This document shows, one piece after another, positions 1-13,938 of a stretch of 64,000 nucleotides of DNA. This DNA is from the human T2T-CHM13v2.0 reference genome, Homo sapiens. Position 1 is the stretch's first letter, and each line of letters opens with the position of its first letter. The DNA lies in contig CP086569.2 in the NCBI GenBank assembly GCA_009914755.4, positions 10,368,001 through 10,432,000 of the forward strand, read 5' to 3'. Both the position numbers and the translations under genes were made by a program. The notes beneath the pieces were generated by a model. It worked only from the letters and a program-made list of their open reading frames with translations. It was not told the origin of the DNA and did no database searches.

Positions 1-2735
1 AAGATTAGCAGCTCAGTGAATATCCTGTCTAGCTTGCTGGAGGACTGGAAGATAATCACCTAGAGGGCCGGTGTCTGGAATGAGACTGGGGCCTAATAAG
101 GCCTAATACAGGAACTCAAATGGCTGTACCCTGTAGCATCCCGAGGACAGGCCCGAATTCTGAGAAGGGCAATTGGTAAAAGTACTGTCCAGTCCTTTCT
201 AAGTTGGAGGCTAAGCTTGGTGAGGTGTGGCTTTAAAAAATCATTAGTTCTTTCTTCCTTTCCTGAGGATTGAGGGTGATAAGGAGCATGAAGTTATTAT
301 TGAATGCCAGGAGCCTGGGAGACTGCCTGAGTGATGTGACTGATAAAGGCTGGTCTGTTATCAGACTATACAGAGGTGGGAAGGGAAAACTGAGGAATTA
401 TGTCTGACAGAAGGAAAGAAATGACTGTGGTGGCCTTCTCAGACCCTGTGGGAAAGGCCTCTACCCATCCAGTGAAAGTGTCTACCCAGACCAAGAGGTA
501 TTTTAGTTTCCTGACTCAGGGCATGTGAGTAAAGTTAATTTGCCAGTCCTGGGCAGGGGCAAATCCCCCCACTTGATGGGTAGGGAAAAGAGGGGGCCTG
601 AACAATCCCTGAGGTGTGGTAGAATAGCAGATGGAACACTGAGAAGTGATTTCCTTGAGGATAGATTTCCATGATGGAAAGGAAATGAGAGGTTCTAAGA
701 GTCAGGCTAGTGGCTTGTAACCTACATGTAAGAGGTTATGAAATGATGACAGAATAGAATGGGCCTGTGAGGCTGGAGATATTTTCCTTGGTTCAAGAAC
801 CATTTGCCTTGTGTGGGAAGAGATTGATATATGGAAGATTTAGGGGGAGAGTAGGTGGGAGTAAGCAATGAGAAGGAGAAAAAGTGGCCATGATGAACAG
901 AAGTTGGAATGCTAGCTGCTTGTTTAGCTACCTTATCAGCATAAGCATTTTCTTGAGCAGTGGGATCTGATGCCTTTTGATGGCCCTTGTAGTGAATGAC
1001 TTCAGCTTCCTTTGGAAGTAAAGTGGCTTTAACAAGAGTTTTTATTAAGGAGGTATTAATGATGGAGGACCTAGCATAGTGAAGAAACCTCTTTCAGCCC
1101 ATATACAGCATGGTGGTGCAGGATATTGAAGGCATATTTAGAGGCAGTATAAATATTGACACATAGTCACCTTGCAAGAGTGAGGGACTGAGTTAAGACA
1201 ATGAATTTGGCTTGCTGAGAGGTATGGAGCAGGGCAGAGTGGTAGTCTCAATGATAGATGTGGAAGATACTATAATGTAGCCTGCCTTTGCTGGTGAGTG
1301 GCAATTAGGCCTGGTGGAACAGCCATCAATAAACCAAGTGTGATCAGGGTGAGGAACAGGAAAGAAGGAAATACAGGGAAATGGAGTGAATGTCAGGTGG
1401 ATCAGGGAGATACAGTCATGGGGGTCAGGTGTGATATCCGGAGTAATGTGGAAGGCTGGATTGAAGCCTGGGCCAGGAACAATGGTAATTGTGGGAGACT
1501 CAACAAAGACTGAGTATAGCTGAAGGAGCTGGAGGGCAGAAAGTATATGTGTCAGGGGTGAAGAAGAAAATAGATTTTGGAAGTTATGAGAACTGTAGAG
1601 ATTGAGTTGAGCATAGTTTGTAATTTTTGATAGCCACTAAAAGAATTAAAGCAGTGGCATCCACCACACACAGACATGAGGGCTAGGCTAAAACAGTAAG
1701 GTCAAGTTGTTTGGACAGAAAAGCTACAGGGTGCAGTCCCGGCTCTTGTGAAAGAATTCCAACCACATATCCCTGTACTTTGGATGGGTGTAATGAAAAA
1801 GGTTGGGATGAGCTAAGGAGAGCTAGTGTGGGAACAGCTTTTAGGGCTGTTTGTTAAGGAATGGAAAGGGGAGTGGGGAAAGTATTTAGGATTTATTGGG
1901 TCAGCTAGGTCTATCTAGAATAGAATAATGGGTTGTGGAGGGAGGTCTCATTGAGGATAGGAGAGTATATGGGTTTGGCACTACGAGGTGGATAGGCAAG
2001 ACAATTTTGTTGATAAGGTGCAGCTCCTGAACTAACCTGTAAGACTAGTCTGGTGTTTGGACAGGTAAAATGGGGGAATTGTAAGGAGAGTTTGCAGGCT
2101 TTAAAAGGCCATTCTGTGACAGGTGAGTGATAACAGGCTTTAATCCTTTGAAAGCATGCTGTGGGATGGGATATTGGCATTGAGCAAGGTAAGGCTGATT
2201 AGGTTTTAATGAGATGGTAAGGGGTGCATCATCCATTGCCAAGGAGGGAATAGATGTGTCCTATGCTTGTGGATAAAGGTAGGGAGATACAAGGAGAGGA
2301 TGTGAAGGCAGCTTTAAACTGGAGGAAAAGGTGGCAATGAGGTGTGGCTGTAGTCCAGGAATAGTCAGGGAAACAGATAATTTAGTTAAAATGTATCAAG
2401 CTAATATGGGAGCTAGGCAGGTGGGGATAACTAAAAAGGAATGCAGGAAAGAATGTATTCCAAGTTGGCACCAGAGTTGGACAGTTTTAAGAGGTTTAGA
2501 AGCCTGGCCATCAATACCCACAACAGTTATGGAAGCAAGGGAAACATGCCCTTGAAAAGAAGGTAATATGAAGTGTGTAGCTTCCATATTGATTAAGAAG
2601 GGGACGGACTTACCCTCCACTGCAAGAGTTACTCAAAACATCTGCGATTGTCCTGTAGGCTTCTGAGGTGATCAGGCAGCATCAGTCTTCAGCCGTTAAG
2701 CTGAGAAGATCTGGAAAGGAGTCAGTCAGAGAGCC

Positions 2736-3011
2736 TTAGGCCAGAGTTCCAGGGGCTCTGGGAGTGACTGCCGGGTGAGCTGGACAGTCTGATTTCCAGT
2801 GGGGTCCTGCACAATTGGGAGACAGCTTAGGAGGAATCCTGGGCTGTGGGCATTCCTTGGCCCAGTGGCCAGATTCCCAACACTTGAAGTAAGATCCTGG
2901 GGGAGGGAGTCCTGGAGGAATGCCTGGCCCCTGCGGTTTAGGTGTATTGGAGTTCTTGTGTGCTGGAGATGTGGCTGGGGTTTCTCTCACAGAGGAGGCA
3001 AGTAATTGCAA
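2736..3011 (-). pseudogene. Retroviral gag nucleocapsid fragment with two CCHC zinc knuckles (CWESGHWAKEC and CPNCAGPHWKSDC)
   Basis: The translated six-frame ORF shows two canonical C-X2-C-X4-H-X4-C motifs separated by a basic/Pro-rich linker. It is flanked by stop codons, so it is a relic and not an intact gag. Confidence 0.6.
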
Positions 3012-4228
3012 CTATTCTCTATTATTGTACACCTTGAAAGTGAGGTCAATTAAGCCCTGTTGTGGGGTTGAGGGCCAGAATCTAAATTTTAGAGCTTCTC
3101 TAATGTCAGGAGCCAATTGGGTAATAAAATGCATATTGAGAATAAGATGTCCTTCTGGCCCCTCTGGGTTTAGGACAGTAAAGCAGCTAAGGGTTGTTGC
3201 CAAACAGGCCATGAACTGGGCTGGGTTTTTATATTTGATGAAAAAGATCTTAAATGCTAACTGATTTGGGAGAGGTTCGATAAAGAAAAAAGGAGCATTA
3301 ACCTTGACTATGCCTTTAGCTCCAGCCACCTCTTTAAGAGGAAATTATTGGCCAGATATTGGAGGGCTAGTTGTGGAACAAAAGTGTAAGCTGGACCAGG
3401 TGTGAGGAGGGGAGGAAATAGAAGGGTTATAAGGTGGGGGAGTGGAGGCTGAGGAAGAGTTGGAACCTGACTTAGCCTGGGGAGTTGGGGAGAGGTCAGA
3501 TGAGTCCATAGAAAAGGAGGATTCAAAGGATTCAGAGCTTGGGATGGACACTGAAGGAACAGACAGGAGAGAAAGAAGAAAGATTTGGGATTAGTCACAT
3601 TAGGAGCAGAGACTAGGGAGGGACCAATGTGTAAAAGAATTCTTGGACATCAGGCACATCAGACCATTTGCCCATTTTTTGACAAAAATTATCTAGATCT
3701 TATAGGATAGACAAATTGAAAGTGCCATTCTCTGGCCACTTGGAACTACTGTCGAGTTTGTATTGGTGCCACACGGTATTGCAGAAGAAAATAAGGCACT
3801 TAAGTTTTAGGTCAGGTGTGAGTTGAAGAAGTTTTAAGTTATTGAGAACACAGGCTAAGGGAGAAGAAGGGGGAATGGAGGGTAGAAGATTGCCCATAGC
3901 GAAGGAGGTAAGTTTAAAGATAAAGGAAGAAACATGGAGAAGGGGGTGAGCAGCCCTGGGCTGCAATGTGGGTGAGCAGCCAAAGCAGGTGTCCCTGCAA
4001 TTGACTTGCCACCAAGGGAATGTGAGTGAATGACCAAGGCAGGCATCCCTGTGGTCATCAGACACCAATGAAATGTGGGTGAATAATCAGACAGGCATCC
4101 CCGCAGTGATTAAACACCAAGGGAACACTTTCTTCCTGAGTCCGTGACTGGCACCACAGTTTTGGGTTCACAGGTAAAATGTGTCTCCTTGTCTCTACTA
4201 GAGAGGAAAAAGAATTAGAATTGGAAGT

Positions 4229-4312
4229 ATAGAGAGATTGAAGAGTAGTGAGCAAGGGAGATTGAAGAGTAGTGAGAGAGGAAGATTGAAGGGTAGCAAG
4301 AGAGACTGGAGA
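4229..4312. repeat. Approximately 24-bp tandem repeat, about 3 copies (gagattgaagagtagtgagnnagg), in the ERV leader/gag region
   Basis: Direct repetition is visible in the sequence and produces the repeated LTTLQS peptide in the minus-frame ORF. Confidence 0.5.
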
Positions 4313-4454
4313 AGAGTGAAAAGACCACTTATCCAATTTAAAATTGATGAGATATTTCTTGGGCTGGTTGGTCTGAGGACCCGAGGTCGTAGGTGGATCT
4401 TCTTAGGGAGTGAGGGCAAGGACAGGTAACTGGTCTCCTGAAGGAGTCCTCCTG

Positions 4455-4472
4455 TCCTGCGTTTCAGCACCA
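4455..4472 (-). other. Primer-binding-site-like sequence (minus sense tggtgctgaaacgcagga), most similar to a tRNA-Phe PBS
   Basis: In minus sense it lies 2 nt downstream of the LTR terminus (...catgaca tg TGGTGC...). It matches TGGTGCCGAAACCCGGGA at 15 of 18 positions by eye. HERV-H uses a tRNA-His PBS, so this points towards a HERV-F-like element. Confidence 0.4.
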
Positions 4473-4474
4473 CA

Positions 4475-4955
4475 TGTCATGCATGTCCGTGTGAAGAGAG
4501 TCCACCAACAGGCTTTGTGTGAGCAACAAGGCTGTTTATTTCACCTGGGTGCAGGCTGAGTCTGAAAAAGGAGTCAGCTGAGGGTTGTGGGATTATCATT
4601 AGTTCTTATAGGTTTGGGATAGGTGTACAAAGTACCTTCTTAAGGGCGGGGGAGAATATTACAAAGTACCTCCTCAAGGGAGAGGGAGAATATATCATAT
4701 CAGTTAGGGTGGGGCAGCAACAAATCACAATGGTGGAATGTCATCAGTTAAGGCTATTTTCACTTCTTTTGTGGATCTTCAGTTGCTTCAGGCCATCTGG
4801 ATGTATACTTGCAGGTCACAGGTGATATGATGACTTAGCTTGGGCTCAGAGATCTGACACTTATGAGGTAGTAAACATAACAAGAACGTAGAGAAAAAGG
4901 CAAAAAGTCTTTCCTTTTAGAATTTTAAAAATCCCTTCCGGAACCCTTTTCCCAA
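4475..4955 (-). mobile_element. ERV1-type 5' LTR (U3-R-U5) of the provirus fragment
   Basis: In minus sense it ends ...aataaacagccttgttgctcacacaaagcctgttggtggactctcttcacacggacatgcatgaca. This gives an AATAAA signal followed by U5, then the PBS. The upstream boundary near 4955 is approximate. Confidence 0.5.
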
Positions 4956-5119
4956 TATCTTTCATTCATTGATTCATTCAAGAAATATTTATTGAGCTAG
5001 CATGGTCTAAGATTTTGTAAAATGGCATGATAGTCATGGTTGGTACTTCTATCATTGACAGAAAGAATGTTTCTTTTCTCCTACAATGTTTTTCTCTGAA
5101 ACATTCTTCTTGCAAATTC

Positions 5120-5435
5120 ATATTCTTTATTTTTTATTTTTATTTTATTTTTTTTGAGACAGAGTCTGGATCAGTTGGACAGGCTGGAGCACAGTGGCCT
5201 GATCTTGGCTCACGACAAGCTCCACCTCCTGGGTTCATGCCATTCTCCTGCTTCAGCCTGCTGAGTAGCAGGGACTACAGGCACCCATCACCATGGCCAG
5301 CTAATTTTTCTGTATTTTCAGTTGAGATGTGTTTCACCATGTTAGCCACGGTGGTCTCAATCTGACCTCATGACCCACCCGCCTCAGCCTCCCAAAGTGC
5401 TGGGATTACAGGCATGAACAACCGTGCCTGGCTGC
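5120..5435 (-). mobile_element. Alu SINE, full length, minus orientation, with a T-run at 5120-5155
   Basis: The reverse complement of the Alu consensus is readable (gagacagagtctgg...ggctcacgacaagctccacctcctgggttcatgccattctcctgc...cctcccaaagtgctgggattacaggcatgaaccaccgtgcctggc). Confidence 0.9.
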
Positions 5436-6477
5436 AAATTCGTATTCTTACAGATCCAATTGATTGTTCCTGCACTAAGAAGGTTCCCCAAACACGTCTA
5501 AACCCAGTTAAGAACTCCCTTTGTCTCCAACTAAGTTACTTAATTTTATATATTGTAACACTTGTTACAGTACATTGCAATTATTGTTCTTCTCTTCATT
5601 CTCCAATTAAGCTGTGAATATTTAGAAGGAAAAGGCTTTAGAGACAATGGATTGACATTTGTCAGTATTTATTTTACAAAAGATTATTAGATATTTATAC
5701 ATAATATTCTAACATATTTATCCTGATTTTTGGAAAACAATATAAATAATTTTCTCTGTGTGGGAAAGAGAGTTTCTGGGATGCCAGATGAGTTGGTCTA
5801 CCCTGTGTGAGACACCCACGGGAGCCATGGGGGGGCTCTGATGAAAAAAGTCTCCTTATTTCCTTTATGTTCTTATGCCTTGAGAGCATAACAGCTCAGT
5901 GGCATGCCACAGGTTGCTCAGGGAGATAACACTCCCTTGAAGCAGTGGAGTATAATCAAACATCTTGGCTCCTCCTGAAACCACCTCCTACCCATTTCAG
6001 TCCCAGTAAGTGAAAGATCTTAAGTAGTTTAGACACATGACTTTGCTCAAGGAAATTCACAGAAAGCGCCCCTGCTATACATCTTATTGAATGACTCATG
6101 ACTTCTCCTTCACTGATTAATCCTTTTCCTCGTCCCTTCCTCCCCTCCCATCTGCTCTAAGAACAAGAGCTTGTAAATCAATAAATTGGATGGAGGCTGG
6201 GAGCTCAGGCCATGAGCAAGCCTCCAATGCTCTGGTCCCCTAGACCCACCTTTTAAACTCTTATTCTGTCTCTTTCGAATTCCTTTGTCTCCACTGGACT
6301 CAGGGTACCTGCTGGGTGGTGTGGGACTGGTTTTCCCAACATCTCTGCCCATTCCCCATGAACTGCTCAACTTTAAACAATGTCTATGCTTTTGGAGCAA
6401 TTATACAAACTTCCAAAAAACACCTGAAAGTGTTTTTATTTTGTTTTGTTTCATCATATTATTTTCTAGAAACAAAT

Positions 6478-6700
6478 TCTTGCCCCATGGCCCAGGCTGA
6501 AGTACAGTGTGCCATTACTCCTCATTGCAACCTTGAACTCCCGAGTAAGTAGAACAACAGATGAGTGCCATCATACCCTATTTAATCAATTAATTACTTT
6601 TGTAGAGTTAGGTCTTGTTAGATTGCCTATGCTGGTCTCCAACTCTGGGCTTGAAATGTCCTCCCTTCTCAGCCTCCAAAAAAGCTGGGATTCCAGGCAT
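6478..6700 (-). mobile_element. Old, diverged Alu (AluJ/FLAM-like) fragment, minus orientation
   Basis: A recognisable reverse-complement Alu arm is present: gcccaggctgaagtacagtg...ctcccgagtaag...gcctatgctggtctccaactctgggc...cagcctccaaaaaagctgggattccaggcatc. Confidence 0.7.
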
Positions 6701-9700
6701 CAAAACTGGACTTTAATAGGAAATTTTAGATTTTAGAATATTGCAATACATTAGATTTAATTTATTTTTCAAATTTGCTGTTGCACTGCACTTGAGAATA
6801 ATTATTTCTCATATCTAGTCATCTACTTTTGAAATCTTTATTCTATTTACTTGAATCCTAATAACTGGTAGTCAGCTCAGCTGAAAACTGAGTACATGGG
6901 TGTTTTTGTGTTGAGGTTATGAACACAAATGTGGAGAGATATCAAGGACAAAAGACATTTATTTTGTATATAAACACTTCTCTTTTTATTATGGCCATGT
7001 ATTTGAAGAATTATGATAGGCATCTGATAAAAGAAGGATTGTGTATTGCTTAGTATATCCCAGGTGTTATCTATGGAAATCTATATTTCTTGAGTCATAT
7101 TATCCCATAGTACTGTATTGTGAGCTAAGTAGTTACCTTCTCACTTTACTGATAAACTGAAAGTTATCTAAGCATTCATAGTTCATAGGAAGATTAAAAT
7201 AAGTTAATAGAAATAGCAACTATACAAAAGAGTAAGAACTCACTTTTTTCTTGCAAATAGTGAAACATTTCTTTGTTTTAAATAAAAGAAGTACTGGGGT
7301 GGATGAAAATGGTAATATTTTACACTATTTAAATTGCAACCTAGAGGCACAAATAGGCACTTAGGCACACAACTGGGATGCCATATTGCCAGTATTGTTT
7401 ACATTTCTTTGCTTTGAAACATTTATTCTAAAACTTTATCCTTGCAGGTGAGGCATCATATATGGTATGGGTAGTTTTTAAAAATACCCTGAAATATGTA
7501 CTTTAGTAACCAGTTTTCCAAATTTGTTTTAATCAGTAGTTAACGAGGTATTGCACTCCTAGTAAGTACATGAATGTTCGAATTGCTGTGAGTTATTTTA
7601 GTAATTGCTTAGTTAACCATTTAAGTTATCAAAGATCTTTACTTGTGCAATATCATATAAATGTGGGAAATCAAAAATTAATAACAGGATTTATGTAACT
7701 AAAAGGTGCCACCTAAAGTGATATTTTTCAGTAAGATGACCATGGTAATTATGCCAAAAAATAGTCATTCCCACACTCTGACCCATTATAGCAATTTCCA
7801 TCTAAGGATTTTACAGTCAGATTCCAGTTCTGGGCAACAGTGATTAACATAATGGTTATTAATGAGAAGAGATTTTGAGACATCCAGGCTTGTTTAGATA
7901 TCAGTGCCTTGAAGGGATAGGTTTGGCATATTAATAAGAAAGATTGCATTGGACTGGACACTAAGAAATGTATTGAATTGTTTTTTTTTTGTCCTCTATA
8001 ACATGAAAGGTCAATTAGACATATAGAAACAATGGAACATTTCACAGCATGGCCTGACATTTCACTGCACTTTTATCCTTTTAACCATGTAAAAAGTCTA
8101 TTAAATATGCAAAGGTAGGACTGCTATAGGAAGAAAGAGGAGGAGTTAGAGGTCACAATCCACAGCAAGGTGACAGTCTGTTGTGGATCACACCCTGAGA
8201 GCTAATTAGAGTGAAAATGAACTTTCAGGTTGCCAACAGGGAACAAGGAAAATGAAGCTATCAGCAGTTAACATTATTGGATTAATTGAAATGAATGTTG
8301 ACAGAGATTTTGTTGTTCTCCATCAAATTGAGTATAAAATAATGTGACCGCTTATCAAATTTCACACATATAAAATTGTGGATTAAAATGTTACATAACC
8401 CATACATTATAAGTATATCATATAAATGTATACGTACATGTGCAAACTCACAGTGTGCAAATATGTGTCTATATCTAAATATATACAAATCCATTGACCA
8501 ACAGTTAGCAAGTTAGAAATTATTCTCCCATTTTACCATTCCCTTTCCTAGAGTTTTGTCACAAATATAATTTTTCCACCTGTTTGAATCCTACTTTATG
8601 GAGGTATGTACAGTAAAGCCATGAGATATCGCAGTGTTTGTATCATAGAAAACAATAACACTGGTATTATAAGAGACCCATTGTGAGGAGAAAGTTATAC
8701 CTCACATTACTACAAATACAGAAGTATGATTTCATCAAAAGCTGAAATCAGACAATATAATTTGTTTTTAATGTTTTATTTAAAATACTTCATTTCAAAA
8801 GGATTACTCAAGTAGAAGAGTGGCATTGGTAATAAATAATGATGAAGAATTCCCTTTAATTTGTTGATTATTTAAAATGTAAGTAAAATACTGAAAAGTA
8901 CTGTACGATGTAGTTTCATGAAGCATTCTTTACGGTTTTTGTAAAATTAATACTCTCAATGGAATATTTTAAGACTGAGAAAGTTCCATATATCATTGTA
9001 CTATACTTTCACTTTATTACTTGCTTACAGGTCATAATTGATGGAAATAAAAATATTTATATTTACACATATACAGAACATGGATTTTTATGTTTTCTAG
9101 TGAGATAAAGTTACCAATAATTTTATTTATATAGGAAAAATTTTACAAGCCCAAAGTTCATAACTTTCTTTTCTTTTGAAGTTTCATATTTCAGTCTAGG
9201 TATGAGATAGAATTGACTGTGATCATTCTTTGATTTCACTATGAATACTGAGTTTCTGATACAGTGTTAGGAATGTATAGACTTTAAAGCTTGCTTTCTT
9301 CTTCTTCTTCAACTCCCTTTGGACCTGTATATGTGATTTCTCCAGTAACCTGCATCGTTATCTGACATGTGGTTGCTGAAACATATAAGCATAAATAGAA
9401 TTCTTAGTTTCAGTGAATCATTAGGAACAGACAAGTAAAACAGAAAGATTATTATGAATGTAAGTAAGCAGTTTATCAAAGAGGTACAACAAGTGTGAAA
9501 ATAAATGTAAAAATATGTGCCCCATCCAAAACATGAGACAGTAAAAATGAAAAATTTAATTTGACATAAAGAACAATTTAAAAGTTATGATTATTTCTGG
9601 TGAGAGTAAGAAGCTCAGAAACCATGAAGAAGTCCAGCAAAGCTACATGATAGACTTGCAGGTCAGGATGGGGAGCATGGGAGAGGGTCCCAAGGTCCTG

Positions 9701-11089
9701 GTCAGGTTGAGGTCATCCTGGGGCATGGGGGTGTCTCAGTGGGAGAGCTGGAAAGGGGAAACGCATGCTTCACCCCAGCTAGCAGGCCACCTCAGCCCAC
9801 CTAGATGAAATTGTCCCTTGACCATCCTCTTTCTCCTTCTTGGACAGGCAGGTGGAGGAACTCAGCCATCCTGACTACCAGCAGCAGGATGAAGTTTGCC
9901 TTTCCTCACAACATTTACTTCCACAATGAAGTGATCATTAAGGAGTATTGTGTTGGCATCCTCAATAAAGAGTGCCTCCCAGCATGGTAGAGGGGGTGGC
10001 CTGTGGGAAGCTAGGCCTGGCATGAGCCTTCCTGACTCCTCTCCCTCCAGGATACAGGGCGACTGGCTCCACTGCAGTCCAGTGGTTCTAGGGTCATGCA
10101 GGTGAAGGTCCCAGTTTTAGGCAGGGCACCACCTAACTGAGCTTCTTCAGTTGGTTGACTGACGGTGGGTATTGCCCAGGCTATGGCAGGATTGCTGAGG
10201 TGGGGTGACTGTGATGTGTCATGTAAAAGGGTCTTGCAGATTGTTCCTTGACATTGGAGGAACTGGCTTTGAACCAGAACCTGACCTGTCATGACCACTT
10301 TGCCCAGTCCCCCAGATCATCAGCCAGGGCCTGTGGCTCCATCTCCTGCAGCACTAACCGAGGGAGTTAGGCCCTCAGAGAGGGAAGAGAGAGGAGGCTG
10401 GGGAGCACCCCAGGGCTGGGGGCTGAGAGGCCTGTGGGTCCTGGAGCTAGGCCAAGGCTCAGGGAGGAGACTGCAGTAAGAAAACTCAGGCCATCATGGG
10501 CTGGTGGAGAAAGACCCAGCAGGGAACTGTAGTACTCACATTTCAGGACTGGGGAACCTTAAGCTGCTTAAGAGGCATAAGTAGCTGAGGTCAATGTGTA
10601 AGAAGTCAGGCTCAAGAGATAGCTGCCTCATCATTCCTTGCTACCTCCCTTCCCTGCCCTGAGGCCTGCTTTCACCGGGGGCTCAGTTTGGACTCAACCA
10701 GGGTGCTCTCACCCTCCAGGCAGATTCCCTCCTGAGGCCCATCTAGGTCTACATCCTCTCAGAATGGCTCTCTCAGGCCTGTCAAGTTCTGTTTCAATGA
10801 CCCCAGGCTTCCCTGACATGCTTTTTCCCCTCTGCCATCTTCATTCACCCAGCCTCTGCCCACCCCCAGAAAAGACAGGCCACCACACAGGGAATCTGGA
10901 GGACCACAGCGGGCTCACAGGGGAGAAAATGTGAAAAGACAGCAAAACAGAAGGGGACCTTCTGTGTGTGTCCAGGAAGGCAATCTGGCTGGACATTAAG
11001 GCCCACCTCACTATTGGTGAAGACACCCAGTGTCTCTTGTCCCTGAGCATGTGCACACAAACACACACATTGTCTAAATGGCATTGACA

Positions 11090-12795
11090 TAAATACTACC
11101 TCAGTGATCTACAAAATCTACACAACCCTTGTAAAAATATCAATGACCCATTCTTCATAGAAAACCAACCTGAAAATAATAGATTTGCTATGAAATGGCA
11201 AAAGGTCCTGAGGACCCAGAGCAATCCAGTAAAAAGCACAAAGCTGAAGGCATCACACTACCTAACTTCACAATATACTACAAAGTTTTTCATACCAAAA
11301 TATAACAGCACTGCTAGAAAAGCAGAGACATGAGCTAATGAAAAACAGTAGAGGCTCAGAACTAAGTCACTGCATTTATAGCTCATGACCTTTTCCCAAA
11401 GAAGCAAAAACACACAGTGCAAAATCCAGTATCTTCTATAAACTAGGTTGGGGAAAACCTGAATATCCATATACAAGATTTTAAAAGTAGATTATTTCTC
11501 ACCAAACTCCAATGTCAGACCTGAAACGATAAAAATACCAGAAGAAATCACAAGGAAGAAGTTCCATGACATCGGTGAGGGCAGATGGCCTCAATGGGAC
11601 TGCAAAAGCACAGTAAACACAATCAAAAATAGAGAATGGTGTTATATCAAACTAAAGTGCTTTGGCACACCACAGGAAACTAAACAGAGGAAAGGGACAT
11701 TCTACAGGATGGGAGAAATCATTGGCTCACCATACATCTGTTAATGGGTGAATACAGTACTTAAGGAACTCCAACAACTCAATAGCATGAAAACAAATGG
11801 GCTAAGGATGTGAATACTCATTTGTGAAACTAAGACATACAGTTGCCCAGCAGACACACTAAAAAGTGCTCATCATCCCTAATCCATCAGGAAAATGCAA
11901 ATCAAAACCACAATGAGATTTCATCTCATGTCAGTCAGAATGCCTATTTTCCAAAAGCCTGAAACAAAAAACAAATAACAAAAAACAACAACAACAAAAA
12001 CACACACACACCTCATTTCTGGTGAGGATGCAGAGAAAAGGAAATCCTTGCACACTTTTGGTGGGAATGTAAATTAGTGCAGGATTACAAGAAGCTTTAT
12101 GGATTTTATTTAATTATAAAGAGTCTTCAGAAATCTACAAGTAGAACCACCCACCATATGATCCAGCAAATCAGAATACCGGGGCACACTCATAAGTATA
12201 CAAATCAGTATGTTGAAGCAGTGCATGCACCCATGCAATTATTGCTGCATGCTTTACATTTTCACTATAACCAAAATATGGAAGCAACCTGAGTGTCCCT
12301 CAGTTGAAGAGTGGACAAAAAAATGGGGCATATATGCACAATGGAAAAATCTGCTGCAATAACAAAGAAGGAAATCCTGCCAGTTGTGACAATACATCTG
12401 AATCTGCTGAATGTGTACATGCCACTTTGTTAAGTGACACAAGCCAGGTATCAGAAAGGCAAATAGCACATGACCTCATTCCTATAAAAAATCTAAAAAA
12501 TGGACCTCACATAGGTAGTGACTCCAGTGGTTGGGGTGGTGTTTAATGGAGAGGGTGCACTGAGGAGACGTTGGATCAAGAACACATATTTCTAGTTAGA
12601 AAGGAGGAATGCTTAAAAACCTTTTCTACAGCATGCTGACTATAACTAGTGATTTACATATTCTTTCTCTAAACAATCCTAAGACAATGTATGTCAAGTT
12701 TTATCACCACAAAAATGAAAAATATGTGAGGTCATATATGTGCTATTAGCTGGATATATCTAATGCCTAATGTATATGAGTTTTTGAACTTCAAC
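11090..12795 (+). mobile_element. Old L1 (L1M/L1PB-like) ORF2 C-terminal region and 3'UTR, plus orientation
   Basis: L1 ORF2-tail motifs (atgaaaacaaatgggctaaggatgtgaa..., ggaaaatgcaaatcaaaaccacaatgagatttcatctcatgtcagtcagaatg, cttttggtgggaatgtaaattagtgcag) are present. The L1M 3'UTR-like tail runs to about 12795. Confidence 0.75.
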
Positions 12796-12837
12796 TTTTG
12801 AGTTACAAATATGTATCATTTCATAAGAAAATTTTAA

Positions 12838-13885
12838 AAATAAAATGGTATCTAATTAAACTAAAGAGCTTCTGTACAGCAAAAGAAACCACCGTCAGAG
12901 AGAATAGGAAAACTACAGAATGGGAGAAAATTTTTACAATATACCCATCTGACAAAGGGCTAATATCCAAAGTCTACAAAGAACTTAAACAAATTTACAA
13001 GAAAAAAATCAAACAACCCCATCAAAAAGTGGACAAAGGGTATGAACAGACACTTCTCAAAAGAAGACATTTATGCAGCCAACAGGCACATGAAAAAATG
13101 CTCATCATCACTGGCCATCAGAGAAATGCAAATCAAAACCACAATGAGATACCATCTCACACCAGTTGGAATGGTGATCATTAAAAAGTCAGGAAAGAAC
13201 ACGTGCTGGAGAGGATATGGAGAAACAGGATGCTTTTGCACTGCTGGTGGGACTGTAAACTAGTTCAAATATTGTGGAAGACAGTGTGGCAACTCCTCAA
13301 GGATCTAGAACTAGAAATAACATTTGACCCAGCCATCCCATTACTAGGCATATACCCAAAGGATTATAAATCATGCTGCTATAAAGACACAAGCACACGT
13401 ACGTTTATTGCAGCACTATTCACAATAGCACAGACTTGGAATCAACCCAAATGTCCATCAGTGATAGACTGGATTAAGAAAATGTGGCACATATACACAA
13501 CAGAATACTATGCAGCCATAAAAAAGGGTAAGTTCACGTCCTTTGTAGGGACATGGATGAAGCTAGAAACCATCATCCTGAGCAAACTATTGCAAGGATA
13601 GAAAACCAAACACCACATATTCTCACTCATAGGTGGGAATTGAACAATGAGAGCACCTGGACACAGGGTGGGGAACATCACACACCGGGACCTGTTGTGG
13701 GGTGGGGGGAGGGGAGAGGGATTGCCTTAGGAGATATACCTAATGTAAATGATGAGTTAATGGGTGCAGCACACCAACATGGCACATGTATGCATATGTG
13801 ACAAACCTGCATGTTGTGCACATGTACCCTAGAACATAAAGTGTAATAATAAAAAATTGTAAAAATAAAAAAAATACAATTTTTA
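12838..13885 (+). mobile_element. 5'-truncated L1PA-family insertion (ORF2 C-terminus and 3'UTR with A-rich tail)
   Basis: It is about 90% similar to the L1 ORF2 tail. ORFs 12798-13184, 13042-13263 and 13203-13601 give ...[14 protein letters not shown]..., ...[42 protein letters not shown]... and ...WNQPKCPSVIDWIKKMWHIYTTEYYAAIKKG.... It ends in an A-rich tail at about 13850-13885. Confidence 0.9.
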
Positions 13886-13938
13886 AAATTCCTTAAGAGA
13901 ATAAATGTCTGTGAAGTATTTTCTTATAAAGAAGTGCC

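Larger units (their letters stand above)
1..4475 (-). mobile_element. Degenerate ERV1-class endogenous retrovirus internal region: leader and gag, with presumed pro/pol continuing past the window start
   Basis: Minus-strand ORF fragments have Gag-like content: a Pro-rich segment (3308-3598) and a nucleocapsid with two Cys-X2-Cys-X4-His-X4-Cys knuckles (2736-3011). The region lies immediately downstream, in minus sense, of an LTR and primer-binding site at 4455-4955. Positions 1-2700 were not recognisably assigned to pro/pol by eye. Confidence 0.5.
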
